DNA from: a virus
Taxonomy: Duplodnaviria; Heunggongvirae; Uroviricota; Caudoviricetes
Virus record (IMG/VR): IMGVR_UViG_2687453522_000001
Length of the DNA stretch: 64,000 nucleotides
Strand: one strand, 5' to 3'
Shown here piece after piece: positions 20,176 to 30,973 of this stretch. Each line of letters opens with the position of its first letter. The stretch's first letter is position 1. Both the position numbers and the translations under genes were made by a program. Under the pieces are notes generated by a model. The model saw nothing but the letters and a program-made list of their open reading frames with translations, was not told the origin of the DNA and did no database searches.

Positions 20176-21176
20176 TAAGGCTTCGGCTTTTTATCGAGGC
20201 TCTTTCTAAGGATATGCCCAATCATCCTGTCGAGTTCTTCCTGTAGCTCTTTTGAAAGTCGATTAAACTCATAAGAAAATGCACGGCCTTTCACGCGCTT
20301 CCTTGCAAAGCGATCCTTGTCCTCAAATTTCCATAATTCAGTAACTACGGACTTATCTTTAGAACCTTTATCCGTGAGTAGTGAGGCTTCCTTTGTTATC
20401 AAGCGCAGGATTTTATTTTTAACTTCATCTTCGGCCATTTCTTCAATGGATAAGATGTCGTTTATTTCCGGGGATATGTTTTGAATAAGCTGATCAAACT
20501 CTAAATTCTTGTTCCCCATTTCGTCGCCAACAGCACAAAGCGTTTTGTAGTCCGAAAAGGTTAATTCCGACTGCACAGGGAAAAGGGCGACTAATTCTTC
20601 CGGAGCACTCGCTGCCTGGAGAGCACGCGTGACTTTCGCCTGAGACAGCCCTTCCTTGGCTGCAATATCCTTCTGACTCATCCCATCATTTTTCATTCGC
20701 ATCAAACGCAGACCTATTTCTCGAATGCTGTGCTGCAATGCTGTCTGAACGTCTTTCGCTAAATTTTGCGCTTCCTGAACGCTGATCTCCTGGTCCGTGA
20801 CTAAAACCCGCAACCCTACGTTCTCTAAGATGGCAGAAGCTCGACGCCGGGAACCATCCAAAATTTCAATTTTCCCTGTAGCCCGTCTAACACCTATTGC
20901 AGGGTAAAATTGCTGATGCTTAATAGTGCTTCGGATACTTTTTAATGATTTTGGCGTAAGAGATGCCTGGTCACGCCCGTTGTTATGCTGATCAACAAAG
21001 GTATCGCGTTCTACCTGGTTCGGAGGTATTACCTCTTCAATAAATGTGGCCTGGCGACCAGTTGATAACTTGAATACCTGCTCGACTCGATCGCCAGAGG
21101 CTGAAGAACTATCAAATCCGCTTAATATTGAAGGATTAAGGGTTCGCCCAATTGTTGGTCTGTTTTTCTTTGACAT
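20175..21176 (-). CDS. parB: ParB partition protein
   Basis: 333-aa ORF, same length as P1 ParB; downstream of parA and followed by parS. Confidence 0.9.
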   Translation of the reverse strand: MSKKNRPTIGRTLNPSILSGFDSSSASGDRVEQVFKLSTGRQATFIEEVIPPNQVERDTFVDQHNNGRDQASLTPKSLKSIRSTIKHQQFYPAIGVRRATGKIEILDGSRRRASAILENVGLRVLVTDQEISVQEAQNLAKDVQTALQHSIREIGLRLMRMKNDGMSQKDIAAKEGLSQAKVTRALQAASAPEELVALFPVQSELTFSDYKTLCAVGDEMGNKNLEFDQLIQNISPEINDILSIEEMAEDEVKNKILRLITKEASLLTDKGSKDKSVVTELWKFEDKDRFARKRVKGRAFSYEFNRLSKELQEELDRMIGHILRKSLDKKPKP

Positions 21177-21192
21177 GGGGGTTTCTTACTCC

Positions 21193-22389
21193 TCAGTTAG
21201 ATCTGATAAATTCAATACGGTCAAAAACTGCTTTAGCAAAATCTTCCGCGGCAATTCGCGCGTTCTTCAATGCATCAGCACTACCAACATACGTTGCCGG
21301 GTTAGCTGAAATAACAGTGTCAAAAGACTCGCCGCAACGTTCAAAACCGTCAAGGCGAGGGAGGACGACATCGAGCATATCCCCACCGAACACTTCTTTA
21401 GCCAAGCTATGGCAATACTTATGATCTGCCTTGTTACTCAACTTGGACATAAAACCAATGTTAGTCGCAAGCTGGCACTCGCAGCCTTCATCCGAAATGA
21501 GTTTCACCAACTCAGGAAGGCGGGCAACGTATTTAAGCGATGAGTGGAAATCGACAGTTGCTGGCGGCAGAGGTGTAAACAGTATATTGGCCGAGGCCAA
21601 AGCATTTTTCAGGAAGGCGTCAAGGTGAGGACCACTATCAACGAGGATAAAGTCATAATCGCTCTTCAGCTTATCAATCACATTTTCTTTCAGGACAGCA
21701 TGGATGTTCTGACCCGGTAGATGCTCATTGCACAGCTCTCTCCAATCGGATGCAATAAAGGCATCGTCAATCGACGCAGGCATAACGTCAACCCCAGGTA
21801 CAACAGAAGGAACAATAAACTCCTCTAACAGCTCTTCACGGCTTACATTCTGCAACATAGCCTGTGCAGATGTTGCGTTTACGATACCAATAGAGTGTTT
21901 ATGGCTTAAAAACATCGTTGCTGAAGATTGCGGATCAAGGTCAATAACCAGAATCCTTAAATCTTCCATCAGAAGATGAGGGTGGGCACGCATTGCATGC
22001 GCCAGAGAAACCGTCGATACAGTTTTTGACACACCGCCTTTAAGATTGGAGATGAAAATCACATACGCTTCGCTGTAGCGATCCCGGTATTTTGGCACTC
22101 CGCGATGTTCATATATGTCAATGATGTTCTGAATTGACATCGCATATTTCATTGAAGAGCCAGCAGGGCGTTTATCGAAAACATAGCCCTTTTCTTCCAT
22201 TTCACTTACGGCATAGTCAACGTTCGCTCGAGTCAGTAGAGGCAATTTTGCCAGTGCCGCTTTCGCATAGACCTGGTAAAACTCGTTCGCGTGTAGCTCA
22301 TCCTTTTGCAACTGTACTTGTTCAGTCAGAACATTGAGCATTCTGTTTGCTCTTTGAGCAACCTTGTGAAGCTGGCTGGAATCACTCAT
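21193..22389 (-). CDS. parA: ParA partition ATPase
   Basis: 398-aa ORF, same length as P1 ParA; Walker A KGGVSKT (NLKGGVSKTVSTVSLA) after an N-terminal DNA-binding extension. Confidence 0.9.
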   Translation of the reverse strand: MSDSSQLHKVAQRANRMLNVLTEQVQLQKDELHANEFYQVYAKAALAKLPLLTRANVDYAVSEMEEKGYVFDKRPAGSSMKYAMSIQNIIDIYEHRGVPKYRDRYSEAYVIFISNLKGGVSKTVSTVSLAHAMRAHPHLLMEDLRILVIDLDPQSSATMFLSHKHSIGIVNATSAQAMLQNVSREELLEEFIVPSVVPGVDVMPASIDDAFIASDWRELCNEHLPGQNIHAVLKENVIDKLKSDYDFILVDSGPHLDAFLKNALASANILFTPLPPATVDFHSSLKYVARLPELVKLISDEGCECQLATNIGFMSKLSNKADHKYCHSLAKEVFGGDMLDVVLPRLDGFERCGESFDTVISANPATYVGSADALKNARIAAEDFAKAVFDRIEFIRSN

Positions 22390-22661
22390 CGAAAGTCATC
22401 CTTTATGCTGTATTTTTGAATTTAATTAAAAATGCTGCATAAAATAATAATGTATGCGTAGATGCTTGTACATAGCATTCTCTGCATGTTTACTCCTTTG
22501 CCAAGTGTGTCACAACATGCTTTGGCATCCTCCACGTATAAAGGACGCGGATTTCTTCTATGTTCAGGTTGTAGCCTGAATCATTTTGGTGATTTCCTGC
22601 TTCAACGGGCAGCCAGGCTTCACTCTCTATCAACTGGTGAGAACGGCTTGCCCGGCAGCTT

Positions 22662-22948
22662 CGATGTGTGCTGGAGGGAGAATAAAAGTCTAAGATGTGC
22701 GATAGAGGGAAGTCGCATTGAATTATGTGCTGTGGAGGGATCGCTGGTATCAAATATGTGTGCTGGAGGGAAAGACAGAGAATTACATGTGCGCTGGAGG
22801 GAAAAACTGATGGACAGATGTGTGCTGGAGGGAAAGTCTGGGCAAACTGCGGGGCGTCCCCCTCCAGCGCACATCAAAAACAGGAAATTGGACAAGCCTT
22901 CCCGGCAGCACACATTTTTTGAATGCAGCTGCCCTCCAGCACACACTT
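22662..22948. repeat. incA: incA iteron array (9 RepA-binding 19-bp iterons, 6 in one orientation and 3 inverted)
   Basis: Repeats of GATGTGTGCTGGAGGGAAA and degenerate variants at about 30-bp spacing, then three copies of the reverse complement (CCCTCCAGCGCACATC); immediately downstream of repA. Confidence 0.85.
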
Positions 22949-23807
22949 ATTCGGGGAGTTTCAGCTTTGGATTGCGAGAATGGACGATTACAAAACTTTC
23001 CCGGCCTTTCTTCTCAATTGAACAGTCGAGATAGCCGATTGTTTTAAGCTGTTCTATCGCTTTCTTAATGATACGGTTTTGCTCGCCAACAGCTGACTGC
23101 AAAGCCAGGCGCTCACGGATTCGCGCGAACGATAGCGGCAACGGGTTCTGCGGAAGGCTTTCGATGAAAGTGTAAATGGCTTGTGCAGCTTCTTTCTTCG
23201 GAAGGGCACGCAAGGCGTGGTGTTGCAACAGAACGCGATAATCAAGCTGGAACAGCTCCCACAACTTCGAATCAGCCTCCAGCTCTATCAGATCAAGGTC
23301 AGCATCAAAACGCCCGACCTTCAGCAGACCAGTCTGATAGCCGCCTTTAGCATCTTTTCCGCGCTTAAAAGCGATACCCTTGTTACGCAAGCGTCCAAGT
23401 GATTCATGAATGGTTAAACGCAGTTTCGCATCCAGACGTTTTGAGGGGAAACCACAGGCTTTAGCGAATTCCTGAAACGATAACTGGATGGTGTTTGAGG
23501 ACAAGCCGTATTTGCTGAACGCGTAGATGACACCGATCCACGTTTTGAAATCAGTATCCATATCGAGTCGAGGACCGGTGATTTTAATATCATCGTAACC
23601 CTCGGCTTTAGCTATCTCCAGCTGGGAAAACGCTTTGGTGGCATCAATCTCTTTACTTTCTCCTTTGCTCTTTGATGGCTTCGGCACGAATACCCCCAAG
23701 CGCATCAACGCTACAGGCTGCACAGTGTTGTTTGAATTAACTGTTAGTTCTTTTGCCTTACTTTCAATGTCTGCGTAAAGAATATCGGAGATAAATGATT
23801 GATTCAT
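22947..23807 (-). CDS. repA: RepA plasmid replication initiator
   Basis: 286-aa ORF, same length as P1 RepA; flanked by incC iterons upstream and incA iterons downstream. Confidence 0.9.
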   Translation of the reverse strand: MNQSFISDILYADIESKAKELTVNSNNTVQPVALMRLGVFVPKPSKSKGESKEIDATKAFSQLEIAKAEGYDDIKITGPRLDMDTDFKTWIGVIYAFSKYGLSSNTIQLSFQEFAKACGFPSKRLDAKLRLTIHESLGRLRNKGIAFKRGKDAKGGYQTGLLKVGRFDADLDLIELEADSKLWELFQLDYRVLLQHHALRALPKKEAAQAIYTFIESLPQNPLPLSFARIRERLALQSAVGEQNRIIKKAIEQLKTIGYLDCSIEKKGRESFVIVHSRNPKLKLPE

Positions 23808-23864
23808 GTTACTTTTTCCGAATTGTGTGGATAGTTTTTATAAGTGGTGATAACTACCCAGGCT

Positions 23865-24090
23865 TTCCCGTCAGCACACATCCTATATCCCGCCAGCACA
23901 CATTAGCAACCCGTCAGCACACATTTTTATCCCTCCAGCACACATCGTTTTCCCTCCAGCACACATCGCGATACACTTCTAAGCCAGACGTGGCGCGGCC
24001 TGCAACGATCAGGGATCTATATGGATCTAATTGGGATCTGTATGGACCTGATTATTGGATCTACCCAGTGGATAATGTGGATAAGTGAAA
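23865..24090 (-). other. oriR: oriR plasmid origin: five incC iterons, GATC cluster and tandem DnaA boxes
   Basis: Five CCAGCACACAT iterons at 23867-23972; five GATC sites at 24007-24061; tggataatgtggataag DnaA boxes at 24068-24086. Confidence 0.85.
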
Positions 24091-24133
24091 AACCGGCCAC
24101 TGAGGACCGATTTCTGTGAAGAGTTGAAGCGAA

Positions 24134-24535
24134 TTAGTTGTCGTTTTCCGTACCTACTTCTTCGATCAACAAACTACTTGTATAGATGCGTAACGTATCA
24201 CCTTTGTAGAGGAATTGATAACCAACACCTCCTATGGCAGGGAGGTCGGGGAACATTTCAGAAGCAACCCCAGAGCAAATCACGGCGATACAGTCATCCC
24301 GCTGTACATCCTTACGCTCTGTACTCAAAGTTTGCTCTTCCCCGATTGCCTTTGTCATCTCCTCATCTTCGTACGCAACAGGGATATATTCAATCGCATC
24401 AGGCGTTTTGATACCCAGTTCTTCAGCAATCTCGAACGCCTGTTTAAATTGATCTGACCCAGGATATCCAACGGTAATACTCTCAATTTCGAACAAAGAA
24501 GTAGCGTTGTTTATTTCTTGTTTAACCGCAAACAT
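24134..24535 (-). CDS. Hypothetical protein (P1 upfA position)
   Basis: 133-aa ORF next to oriR. Confidence 0.5.
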   Translation of the reverse strand: MFAVKQEINNATSLFEIESITVGYPGSDQFKQAFEIAEELGIKTPDAIEYIPVAYEDEEMTKAIGEEQTLSTERKDVQRDDCIAVICSGVASEMFPDLPAIGGVGYQFLYKGDTLRIYTSSLLIEEVGTENDN

Positions 24536-24605
24536 GTTGTTTGTCCTTAGTGGCTTCCTGCCAAAGTAAAGTCATGAGTGTTGATATTACGATTTCTACA
24601 GTTGA

Positions 24606-24965
24606 TTAAATCTGCTCGCTGAGCTTTTGCTTCAGCAGATAACCTTCCAGCGGCCAGATTTTCTCAATGGCGTTCTTACGGGCCACCTTACGGCCAATCT
24701 CCGCGTCGAAATTTTCAGGGCTGGCACAGGCGCTTTCCCCGGTAACAATGAATCCATTGCACAGCACCAAGACACAGATGGTCAGGCTACGCGTAGAGGG
24801 ATGAACAGACAGCACCTCACGAACGCCTTCGTGCGCAGCGCGAATGCCGTCAAAAGCTGTGAAATAATGCTCTTCGGCAATCACACTCTCGATGTGATCA
24901 GGAGTCAGGCGTGGTGCTGTTTTGCCTTTGGCCAGAATCTCTTTTTCAATTTCCATATCGGACAT
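24606..24965 (-). CDS. Hypothetical protein
   Basis: 119-aa ORF, translationally close to the downstream gene. Confidence 0.5.
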   Translation of the reverse strand: MSDMEIEKEILAKGKTAPRLTPDHIESVIAEEHYFTAFDGIRAAHEGVREVLSVHPSTRSLTICVLVLCNGFIVTGESACASPENFDAEIGRKVARKNAIEKIWPLEGYLLKQKLSEQI

Positions 24966-24976
24966 AGTTTTTCCTT

Positions 24977-25309
24977 TTAGTTACCGCTGATAGCACGGTT
25001 GTAATCATTAACGTTGCGATTCTTCCTGTTAATCCCCTTCAGCATCGTTTCTGTATCGAGGATATACGCTGGCAGATCATCAAAATATTCACTGCTAAAC
25101 TCTGGCATTCTGCACATAAATGCACTTTTGGGGGCAGGGTGGTTAACCTTTGTCGGCGTCGGCGTTAAATTCGCTGATCGACTCCCGGAGCAACCGCTGA
25201 GTGTCAGCAGGAATGCGCTGGCGAACATTACCCGCCGCAACCAGTTGTTTCTGAACTTCAGCTTTTCGTTCCATTTGCCTGTCAGCATATTTGGCTTGTT
25301 CTGATTCAT
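24977..25309 (-). CDS. mlp: Outer-membrane lipoprotein Mlp; Rz1-like o-spanin candidate
   Basis: Signal peptide with lipobox LTLSGC followed by Pro-rich segment (LTPTPTKVNHPAP); likely real start at an internal ATG (25288 or 25228); 5' part lies in another frame inside the 3' end of the upstream gene. Confidence 0.6.
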   Translation of the reverse strand: MNQNKPNMLTGKWNEKLKFRNNWLRRVMFASAFLLTLSGCSGSRSANLTPTPTKVNHPAPKSAFMCRMPEFSSEYFDDLPAYILDTETMLKGINRKNRNVNDYNRAISGN

Positions 25310-25565
25310 TTTTCACTTCCTGGCTGTGAAAATGTTGCTCTGCTTTGTTCATCGTCTCAATGGTCTGGTTAAGATCCATTATTGACTTATCACGTTCCTT
25401 AACAGCCTGATCAAGACTGCCAATTTTCTCCATGGCTTGCTTTAGCTGATGACGTTCCCATGCAAACCCAGCACCAACAAGTGCGCAAATCAGAACAAGA
25501 ACACCAGTAGCAGCAAGTTTCTCCTTCAAAGACAAAGCTGTTTTTAACGTAGAAAAGAATGACAT
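25143..25565 (-). CDS. Rz-like i-spanin candidate (type II membrane protein with periplasmic coiled coil)
   Basis: 140 aa from ATG 25565 (AGGAGG RBS); single N-terminal TM (LAATGVLVLICALVGAGFAW) followed by charged helical region; overlaps mlp by about 167 nt in a different frame. Confidence 0.55.
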   Translation of the reverse strand: MSFFSTLKTALSLKEKLAATGVLVLICALVGAGFAWERHQLKQAMEKIGSLDQAVKERDKSIMDLNQTIETMNKAEQHFHSQEVKNESEQAKYADRQMERKAEVQKQLVAAGNVRQRIPADTQRLLRESISEFNADADKG

Positions 25566-25604
25566 GTCTTCCTCCTGAAGAAAAATTATCAATGAAGTCC
25601 TTTG

Positions 25605-26393
25605 TTACTGTGCCGCTTTGTTTAATTCATCAAGAACAGAATCAGGAACCAAAGCGGCAACTGCGCTGGCTGTGCTGACCTTATTTGCTGATGCTTCCGC
25701 AAGAGCGGTACCGATAGCATGGTTATAAGCAGTTATGGCTACGTTGGCGCTTTCATTCGCTCGTTCATACTGCTGTTGTAACGCAGTTGTGGGCGCTGTT
25801 GTCTGGTTGAAAACAACCCCAAACTGTTCAGTTGCTACTTTCAGAGATTCAATTTGCTCTTCTGTTAGTGCTGGTGGGGGAGTGGCAGTGCCGCCGCCTG
25901 AACCAGAGCCTGACGAGCTTCCTGAGCCAGTGTTAAGGGTCTGGTTAATCTCCCCCATAGCAGCGACTAAACTTGTTGTATTAAGCGCGTTAACAGCGTC
26001 CTCAAGCGATTTAGTAATATTCACATCACCAATGGCAATAGAGATCGGCAGTTCTGAAACTTCTCGCTCATTAGCACGGCAGTAAACATCCCAACCAATA
26101 TCGAGTTGAAGCAGCATTGACAGATCTGCATAACCAGCCAACAGGTCCGCGTGCTTAGTTGCCAGTTCTCCAATGTTCGTTAAGCCGGTTGTGGTTGTTC
26201 TGATCGTTGAAACATAGCTGGTAATAGTGTCGGGATAGACAATTGTATCCAGAATTAATCCGGTCAATTCTTCTGCAAGCAGTTTTGCTGTGTTAGCACT
26301 GTTTCGTGCCGATGTTATGGCACCAGGTGTTTTCATCCCACCGGCGGCGGCCAATTTTTTATATGCGGATAACTGGTAGTCTTTTTCCAGCAT
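25605..26393 (-). CDS. Hypothetical protein with Gly/Ser-rich linker
   Basis: 263 aa from ATG 26393 (AGGAGA RBS); internal GSGSSSGSGSGGG linker. Confidence 0.5.
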   Translation of the reverse strand: MLEKDYQLSAYKKLAAAGGMKTPGAITSARNSANTAKLLAEELTGLILDTIVYPDTITSYVSTIRTTTTGLTNIGELATKHADLLAGYADLSMLLQLDIGWDVYCRANEREVSELPISIAIGDVNITKSLEDAVNALNTTSLVAAMGEINQTLNTGSGSSSGSGSGGGTATPPPALTEEQIESLKVATEQFGVVFNQTTAPTTALQQQYERANESANVAITAYNHAIGTALAEASANKVSTASAVAALVPDSVLDELNKAAQ

Positions 26394-26401
26394 GATATCT
26401 C

Positions 26402-26686
26402 CTAACTTACCTGAACCAGGCCGTCTCCGGATGCTACGGTAGATCCGCATGAAACAGGGTCACCAACGCATACGATCCCTTTACCATTGACGGTAAACCA
26501 TGCCCTGGTTGATATAGCTTGCCCACCGTGCGTACTGTTTCCATCGGTATGCTGTGCATATTGCTTACCATCAACTAACACTTCGACTCCGTTGACTTTA
26601 AGTAGTGGTTCACTCTCTACAGGAGGCCTGGATGGGAATCCTCCGTGCCCCGAACAAATGCTGTCTTTTGTTGCAATACTTGCCAC
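26402..26686 (-). CDS. PAAR-like small protein (tentative)
   Basis: 94-aa ORF with GTG start; Gly/His-rich pattern (ICSGHGG...THGGQAIS...VCVGDPVSCGS) reminiscent of PAAR spike-tip domains. Confidence 0.4.
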   Translation of the reverse strand: MASIATKDSICSGHGGFPSRPPVESEPLLKVNGVEVLVDGKQYAQHTDGNSTHGGQAISTRAWFTVNGKGIVCVGDPVSCGSTVASGDGLVQVS

Positions 26687-26766
26687 GTCATCACCAATTA
26701 TTTGCTCTGGTTTTCGTTATTTTAACTTAGGTTACTTGTGGTCTATATGGTGTTAACTATTGCATG

Positions 26767-26783
26767 ATTGCTCTAATAAATAT
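26767..26783 (+). promoter_or_regulatory. C1 operator-like site
   Basis: attgctctaataaatat, 15/17 to consensus, in the intergenic region before uhr/hrdC. Confidence 0.7.
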
Positions 26784-26854
26784 TGTTTTTTATGTCGTGT
26801 TTTCGGTACCATTCAGCCATCGCCCTTCAATGGGTATTTGTTTGGAGTCGTCAG

Positions 26855-27139
26855 ATGCAGATGGAGCTAATAAGCCGCAAAGAGTTCGATAGCCGTGTAA
26901 CCAGCGGTGAACTCGACAACTTGCAGGCTATCAAGGTGAAAGAAGGCTTTTGCCTCATTGGGAATCAGAGCGGAACAAATCGCGTTTTTATGCTTCGCCG
27001 TACGGATTTGAAGCCATTTGTCTGGAAGAACGAAATTGGTCCCAGCTCATACGCTCAAACTAGGGGGTGCCTCAACCTGGCCTTTTTCTACAAAAACGAG
27101 CTTTCTGTGGTTGATATTCAAGGGTTACAACATGTTTAA
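26855..27139 (+). CDS. Small protein upstream of hrdC
   Basis: About 94 aa from ATG 26855 (GGAG RBS); stop overlaps the hrdC start. Confidence 0.45.
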   Translation: MQMELISRKEFDSRVTSGELDNLQAIKVKEGFCLIGNQSGTNRVFMLRRTDLKPFVWKNEIGPSSYAQTRGCLNLAFFYKNELSVVDIQGLQHV

Positions 27140-28037
27140 GCACTGGAAAAACATTACTATTTATAAACTTTCTCGTGAAGCGGATCTGACCGACTTAGAA
27201 GATAAAAAGAAAATGATCCTTTTCACGCCATGCGGTAGTCAGGATATGGCCAAGTTCGGTTTTGTATCTCCATTTGGTGATAATTCCGAAGTTATCGCTA
27301 TGCATGGAAATGGTTTTATCCTTGTTGAAGCAAAGCGCGAAACAAAAATCCTTCCCCCGCCGGTTATCCAGCGAGCTATTCAAGAAAAAATTGAAAAACT
27401 CGAGCAAGAACAAGCGCGTAAACTGAAGAAAACAGAGAAGGACTCCCTGAAAGACGAAGTTCTGCATTCTCTTCTGCCACGGGCTTTTTCAAAGTTTTCT
27501 GTTATCCAGGCGATCTACGACGGTTCAACTAAACGTATCTATATCAATGCCAGCGCGCGGCAGGCAGAGGATATGCTCGCGCTTATGCGTAAATCTCTGG
27601 GTTCTCTTCCTGTTGTTCCCCTAAGTGTTGAAAATCCCATTGAATTAACGCTGACCGACTGGGTACGTGATGGTAGTGCTCCACAGGGATTTCAAATGGG
27701 GGATGCGGCAGAACTTAAGGCAGTGCTTGAGGATGGCGGTATTGCCCGAGTGAAAAAGCAGGATTTGGGAAGCGATGAAATTTCCACACACCTGGAAGCT
27801 GGCAAGCTCGTTACTAAGTTGGCACTCGACTGGCAGAACCGCATTAAATTTACACTGGACCATAACTTCAGCCTTACCAGCGTCAAATTTGCGGATGAAT
27901 TGCTTGAGCAGAACTCTGATATTGATAGTGAAGATGTTGCGCAGCGACTGGACGCAGATTTCTTCCTGTTGACCAGTGAAATTTCGTGCCTGGTTGATGC
28001 TCTGGTAAATGCCCTTGGTGGAGAGGCTAAGCAGTGA
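27132..28037 (+). CDS. hrdC: HrdC, homologue of recombination-associated protein RdgC
   Basis: From ATG 27132; long identical stretches to E. coli RdgC as recalled ([66 protein letters not shown]). Confidence 0.85.
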   Translation: MFKHWKNITIYKLSREADLTDLEDKKKMILFTPCGSQDMAKFGFVSPFGDNSEVIAMHGNGFILVEAKRETKILPPPVIQRAIQEKIEKLEQEQARKLKKTEKDSLKDEVLHSLLPRAFSKFSVIQAIYDGSTKRIYINASARQAEDMLALMRKSLGSLPVVPLSVENPIELTLTDWVRDGSAPQGFQMGDAAELKAVLEDGGIARVKKQDLGSDEISTHLEAGKLVTKLALDWQNRIKFTLDHNFSLTSVKFADELLEQNSDIDSEDVAQRLDADFFLLTSEISCLVDALVNALGGEAKQ

Positions 28038-30298
28038 AAGAGCTGTGCTATGGATCTGTTTGCAGTGGAATTGAAGCCGCGAGTATTGCCTGGGAACCGT
28101 TGGGTATGCGTCCGGCGTGGTTTGCTGAAATCGAGCCTTTTCCATCTGCCGTTCTTGCGCACCGCTGGCCCCATGTCGCCAACCTTGGCGACATGACAAA
28201 ACTTGCCAAAAAAGTCCTGGCTGGGGAAATCGAATCCCCTGATGTGCTCGTCGGGGGTACGCCTTGTCAGGCATTCAGTATCGCGGGCTTACGTGGTGGG
28301 CTTGATGATGAACGCGGCGCGCTAACTTTGAAGTATGTGGAGCTTGCAAATGCAATTGACGACAAACGGTCTGAGTCCTTCCTCAAACCGACAGTTATCG
28401 TCTGGGAAAATGTCCCAGGAGTCCTGTCATCGGCAGATAACGCCTTCGGATGTTTCCTTGCCGGATTGGCTGGAGAAGATGCGCCATTTGAACCAGGTGA
28501 TCGACCTGAATCAGGAAAAAGTAACGCGTTCTGGCGGTGGGATGGCAAAACCGGTTGCCATGCTCCAAAGTGGCCGCAGTGTGGTTGTATTTATGGACCG
28601 CAGCGAAAGGTGGCCTGGAGAATCCTTGATGCCCAATACTTCGGAGTGGCACAACGACGCCGACGCGTGTTTGTTGTCGCAAGTGCTCGAACAGACTTCG
28701 ATCCCGCAACGGTACTTTTTGAGTTCGAAGGCGTGCGCCGGAATATTGCGCCGAGCCGAAAAAAGAAGGAAATCGCTTCCGCCATTACTGCAAATGGCGC
28801 TGCAATCAGTGGCGAAAGCCTAAATCCATGCCTACACGCTGGCATGTCCCCCGGTATGAAATCGACGAAATCCGTAAACGGTTTCAGGATGGCGGCATTT
28901 GGGGAATATATTGACGATGAAACCGCATTGACAGTAAAGGCAAGAGACTTTAAAGATGCCACTGACCTTGCCGTTTTTAGCAGCACTGGAGCAGGTTTTT
29001 GGTCAGAAGGGCATGGTACATTGCGGGCGCGTGAGCAAGAAAGCCATGAGCATCTTGTTACATTGGCTTTTCCTGAGCGTATGAGTGGTACACAACATGC
29101 AGCAACTAAGAATACTTCACCATCTCTAATGGCTCAAAATCCAACTGCTGTTTGCTATGAAGTAAGAAACGAAGAAGTAGCTGTCCGCCGTCTTACCCCT
29201 GTCGAATGTGAGAGACTTCAAGGTTTTCCTGATGGGCATACATTGATCCCTACGGAAAAGCGTAAAAAAGTTAATTCAGATGAACTGGCATATCTGCACA
29301 ATCACTATCCAGATTTAAGCGAAGAAGAGGCCGCAATGCTTGCAGCTGACGGACCGCGTTACAAAGCGATCGGCAATAGTATGGCGATACCAGTAATGCG
29401 CTGGATTGGCGATCGGATTGCCAAGGCTGCATGTCGGCAGAAGGAAGGGAGTGAAACAAAAGAGCGAAAAGTTAAACCAGCGGCAGAATTCGAACGGTCC
29501 ATATTCAAATGGGCTGGTGGAAAATTTGGTGTTCTGGAACAAATCTTTCGCTATTTGCCAGAAGGGAAGCGCCTGATTGAACCTTTCGTTGGTGGCGGAG
29601 CTGTCTTCATGAATGCCGGATACCAGGAAAATCTGCTAAATGATGTGAATGCTGACCTGATTAACTTTTACAAGACTCTGCAACGCGAGACGCATTCACT
29701 TATCACACTGGCGCATCGTTTCTTCCAGGACTACAACACACAGGAAGGATACCTGGCAGTACGGAATGCGTTTAACAAACAAGTCTATGATGATTTACAT
29801 CGCGCAGCGGCGTTTTTGTTCCTGAACCGACATTGTTTTAACGGATTGACGCGTTACGACCAGGCCGGTGAGTTCAATGTCGGTTACGGGAAGTATAAAA
29901 CTCCGTATTTCCCATTACAGGAGATGGAAGCCTTCCTCGGTGCGGAAGGGCGGTCTGAGTTTGTATGCGGTGATTTTGCTGCGGTGATTGAAGCTGCCGG
30001 AGAAGGAGATGTCATCTTTTGCGATCCGCCGTATGAACCGCTCCCAAATACAGAGGGATTCACGAACTATTCCGGTCATGACTTTAAGTTTGAAGAGCAA
30101 AAACGCCTGGCGTCTCTGTTGACGGATGCTCATCGCCGAGGTGCAAAGGTTCTCATTACTAACAGTGGCGCGCCAAACATCAGAGAACTTTATCAGGACA
30201 GTGGCTTCAGAGTGGAACCTCTTTTTGCCAGACGTTCTGTGTCTTGTAAGGGGGACACTCGAGGTGTTGCTCATGACGTTATAGCAATATTGCTCTAA
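28034..30298 (+). CDS. dmt: Dmt bifunctional DNA methyltransferase (C5-cytosine domain plus Dam-like N6-adenine domain)
   Basis: 754-aa ORF, same length as P1 Dmt; N-terminal [12 protein letters not shown] and VIVWENVPG motifs; C-terminal [13 protein letters not shown] and IFCDPPYEP motifs. Confidence 0.9.
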   Translation: MKELCYGSVCSGIEAASIAWEPLGMRPAWFAEIEPFPSAVLAHRWPHVANLGDMTKLAKKVLAGEIESPDVLVGGTPCQAFSIAGLRGGLDDERGALTLKYVELANAIDDKRSESFLKPTVIVWENVPGVLSSADNAFGCFLAGLAGEDAPFEPGDRPESGKSNAFWRWDGKTGCHAPKWPQCGCIYGPQRKVAWRILDAQYFGVAQRRRRVFVVASARTDFDPATVLFEFEGVRRNIAPSRKKKEIASAITANGAAISGESLNPCLHAGMSPGMKSTKSVNGFRMAAFGEYIDDETALTVKARDFKDATDLAVFSSTGAGFWSEGHGTLRAREQESHEHLVTLAFPERMSGTQHAATKNTSPSLMAQNPTAVCYEVRNEEVAVRRLTPVECERLQGFPDGHTLIPTEKRKKVNSDELAYLHNHYPDLSEEEAAMLAADGPRYKAIGNSMAIPVMRWIGDRIAKAACRQKEGSETKERKVKPAAEFERSIFKWAGGKFGVLEQIFRYLPEGKRLIEPFVGGGAVFMNAGYQENLLNDVNADLINFYKTLQRETHSLITLAHRFFQDYNTQEGYLAVRNAFNKQVYDDLHRAAAFLFLNRHCFNGLTRYDQAGEFNVGYGKYKTPYFPLQEMEAFLGAEGRSEFVCGDFAAVIEAAGEGDVIFCDPPYEPLPNTEGFTNYSGHDFKFEEQKRLASLLTDAHRRGAKVLITNSGAPNIRELYQDSGFRVEPLFARRSVSCKGDTRGVAHDVIAILL

Positions 30299-30305
30299 TA
30301 AATTT
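30289..30305 (+). promoter_or_regulatory. C1 operator (perfect consensus) overlapping the dmt stop
   Basis: attgctctaataaattt, 17/17 match. Confidence 0.75.
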
Positions 30306-30688
30306 ATTAGTGTAATATCGCCTCAATGAATCGTGATTTATAGAGCGATTTAGCTGTTAGCCGCGACAGGCGCGGCGGCAAGTATGGCGGGGTAGTGACT
30401 CCTTCCCCCTCATGACGCCGAGTTGCCAGGTTGACCATACGCCTAAGTGGCAACACCGAAGTGCGTTACGAGCTTCCAGTTTGCCCATCTTCGGGTGGGC
30501 GTTTTTTTCAGGGTTTTCGTCATGGTTAGCGACTTTGCGGCGGTTTAGAAACTGACCATTAAAGTAAATGCAAACGATGATCTGATGATGGTAGCGGCCT
30601 AAGAAGCCAGACGCCACGGGGTATGAGTCGTCCCCCGTCAAAAAATCGACCGCAGAGTGTCCCCGTCTGTGTATTAGGGAACGGGGAG

Positions 30689-30770
30689 GCACAACAGGTA
30701 AGGGCGCTGGTGTGATTAACCAGATGAACGAGAAGGGGCCATCTGTTGGTCAGCGTCCTTTCCTGTTGCG
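30689..30770 (+). repeat. Structured repeat element, copy A
   Basis: Starts gcacaacaggtaagggcg and ends cctttcctgttgcg, sharing termini with four other copies in 30.7-33.4 kb. Confidence 0.45.
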
Positions 30771-30973
30771 TCTTCTTTTCAGCGTAACAGCGGTGCTTAA
30801 CAGCACTTTGGGTACAGTTCCACGAATTTACGGGTATATCCCGTCATGCTGAAAGCGCTAATCACGCTGGAAGCCAGGGTTATGCATCCCCTGTTACCGA
30901 ATTGCAGCCAGGGCGCGGTGCGCCGAAAAGCATACGGAGGTGGAAGCCCTCGCCGGAGACGTACCCGGCAAGT

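Noticed and set aside
22462-23034. 190-aa plus-strand ORF (and other ORFs) across the incA iterons
   Set aside because: Translation is driven by the repeated iteron sequence, giving CAGG/CWRE repeats; the region is a known type of non-coding iteron array.
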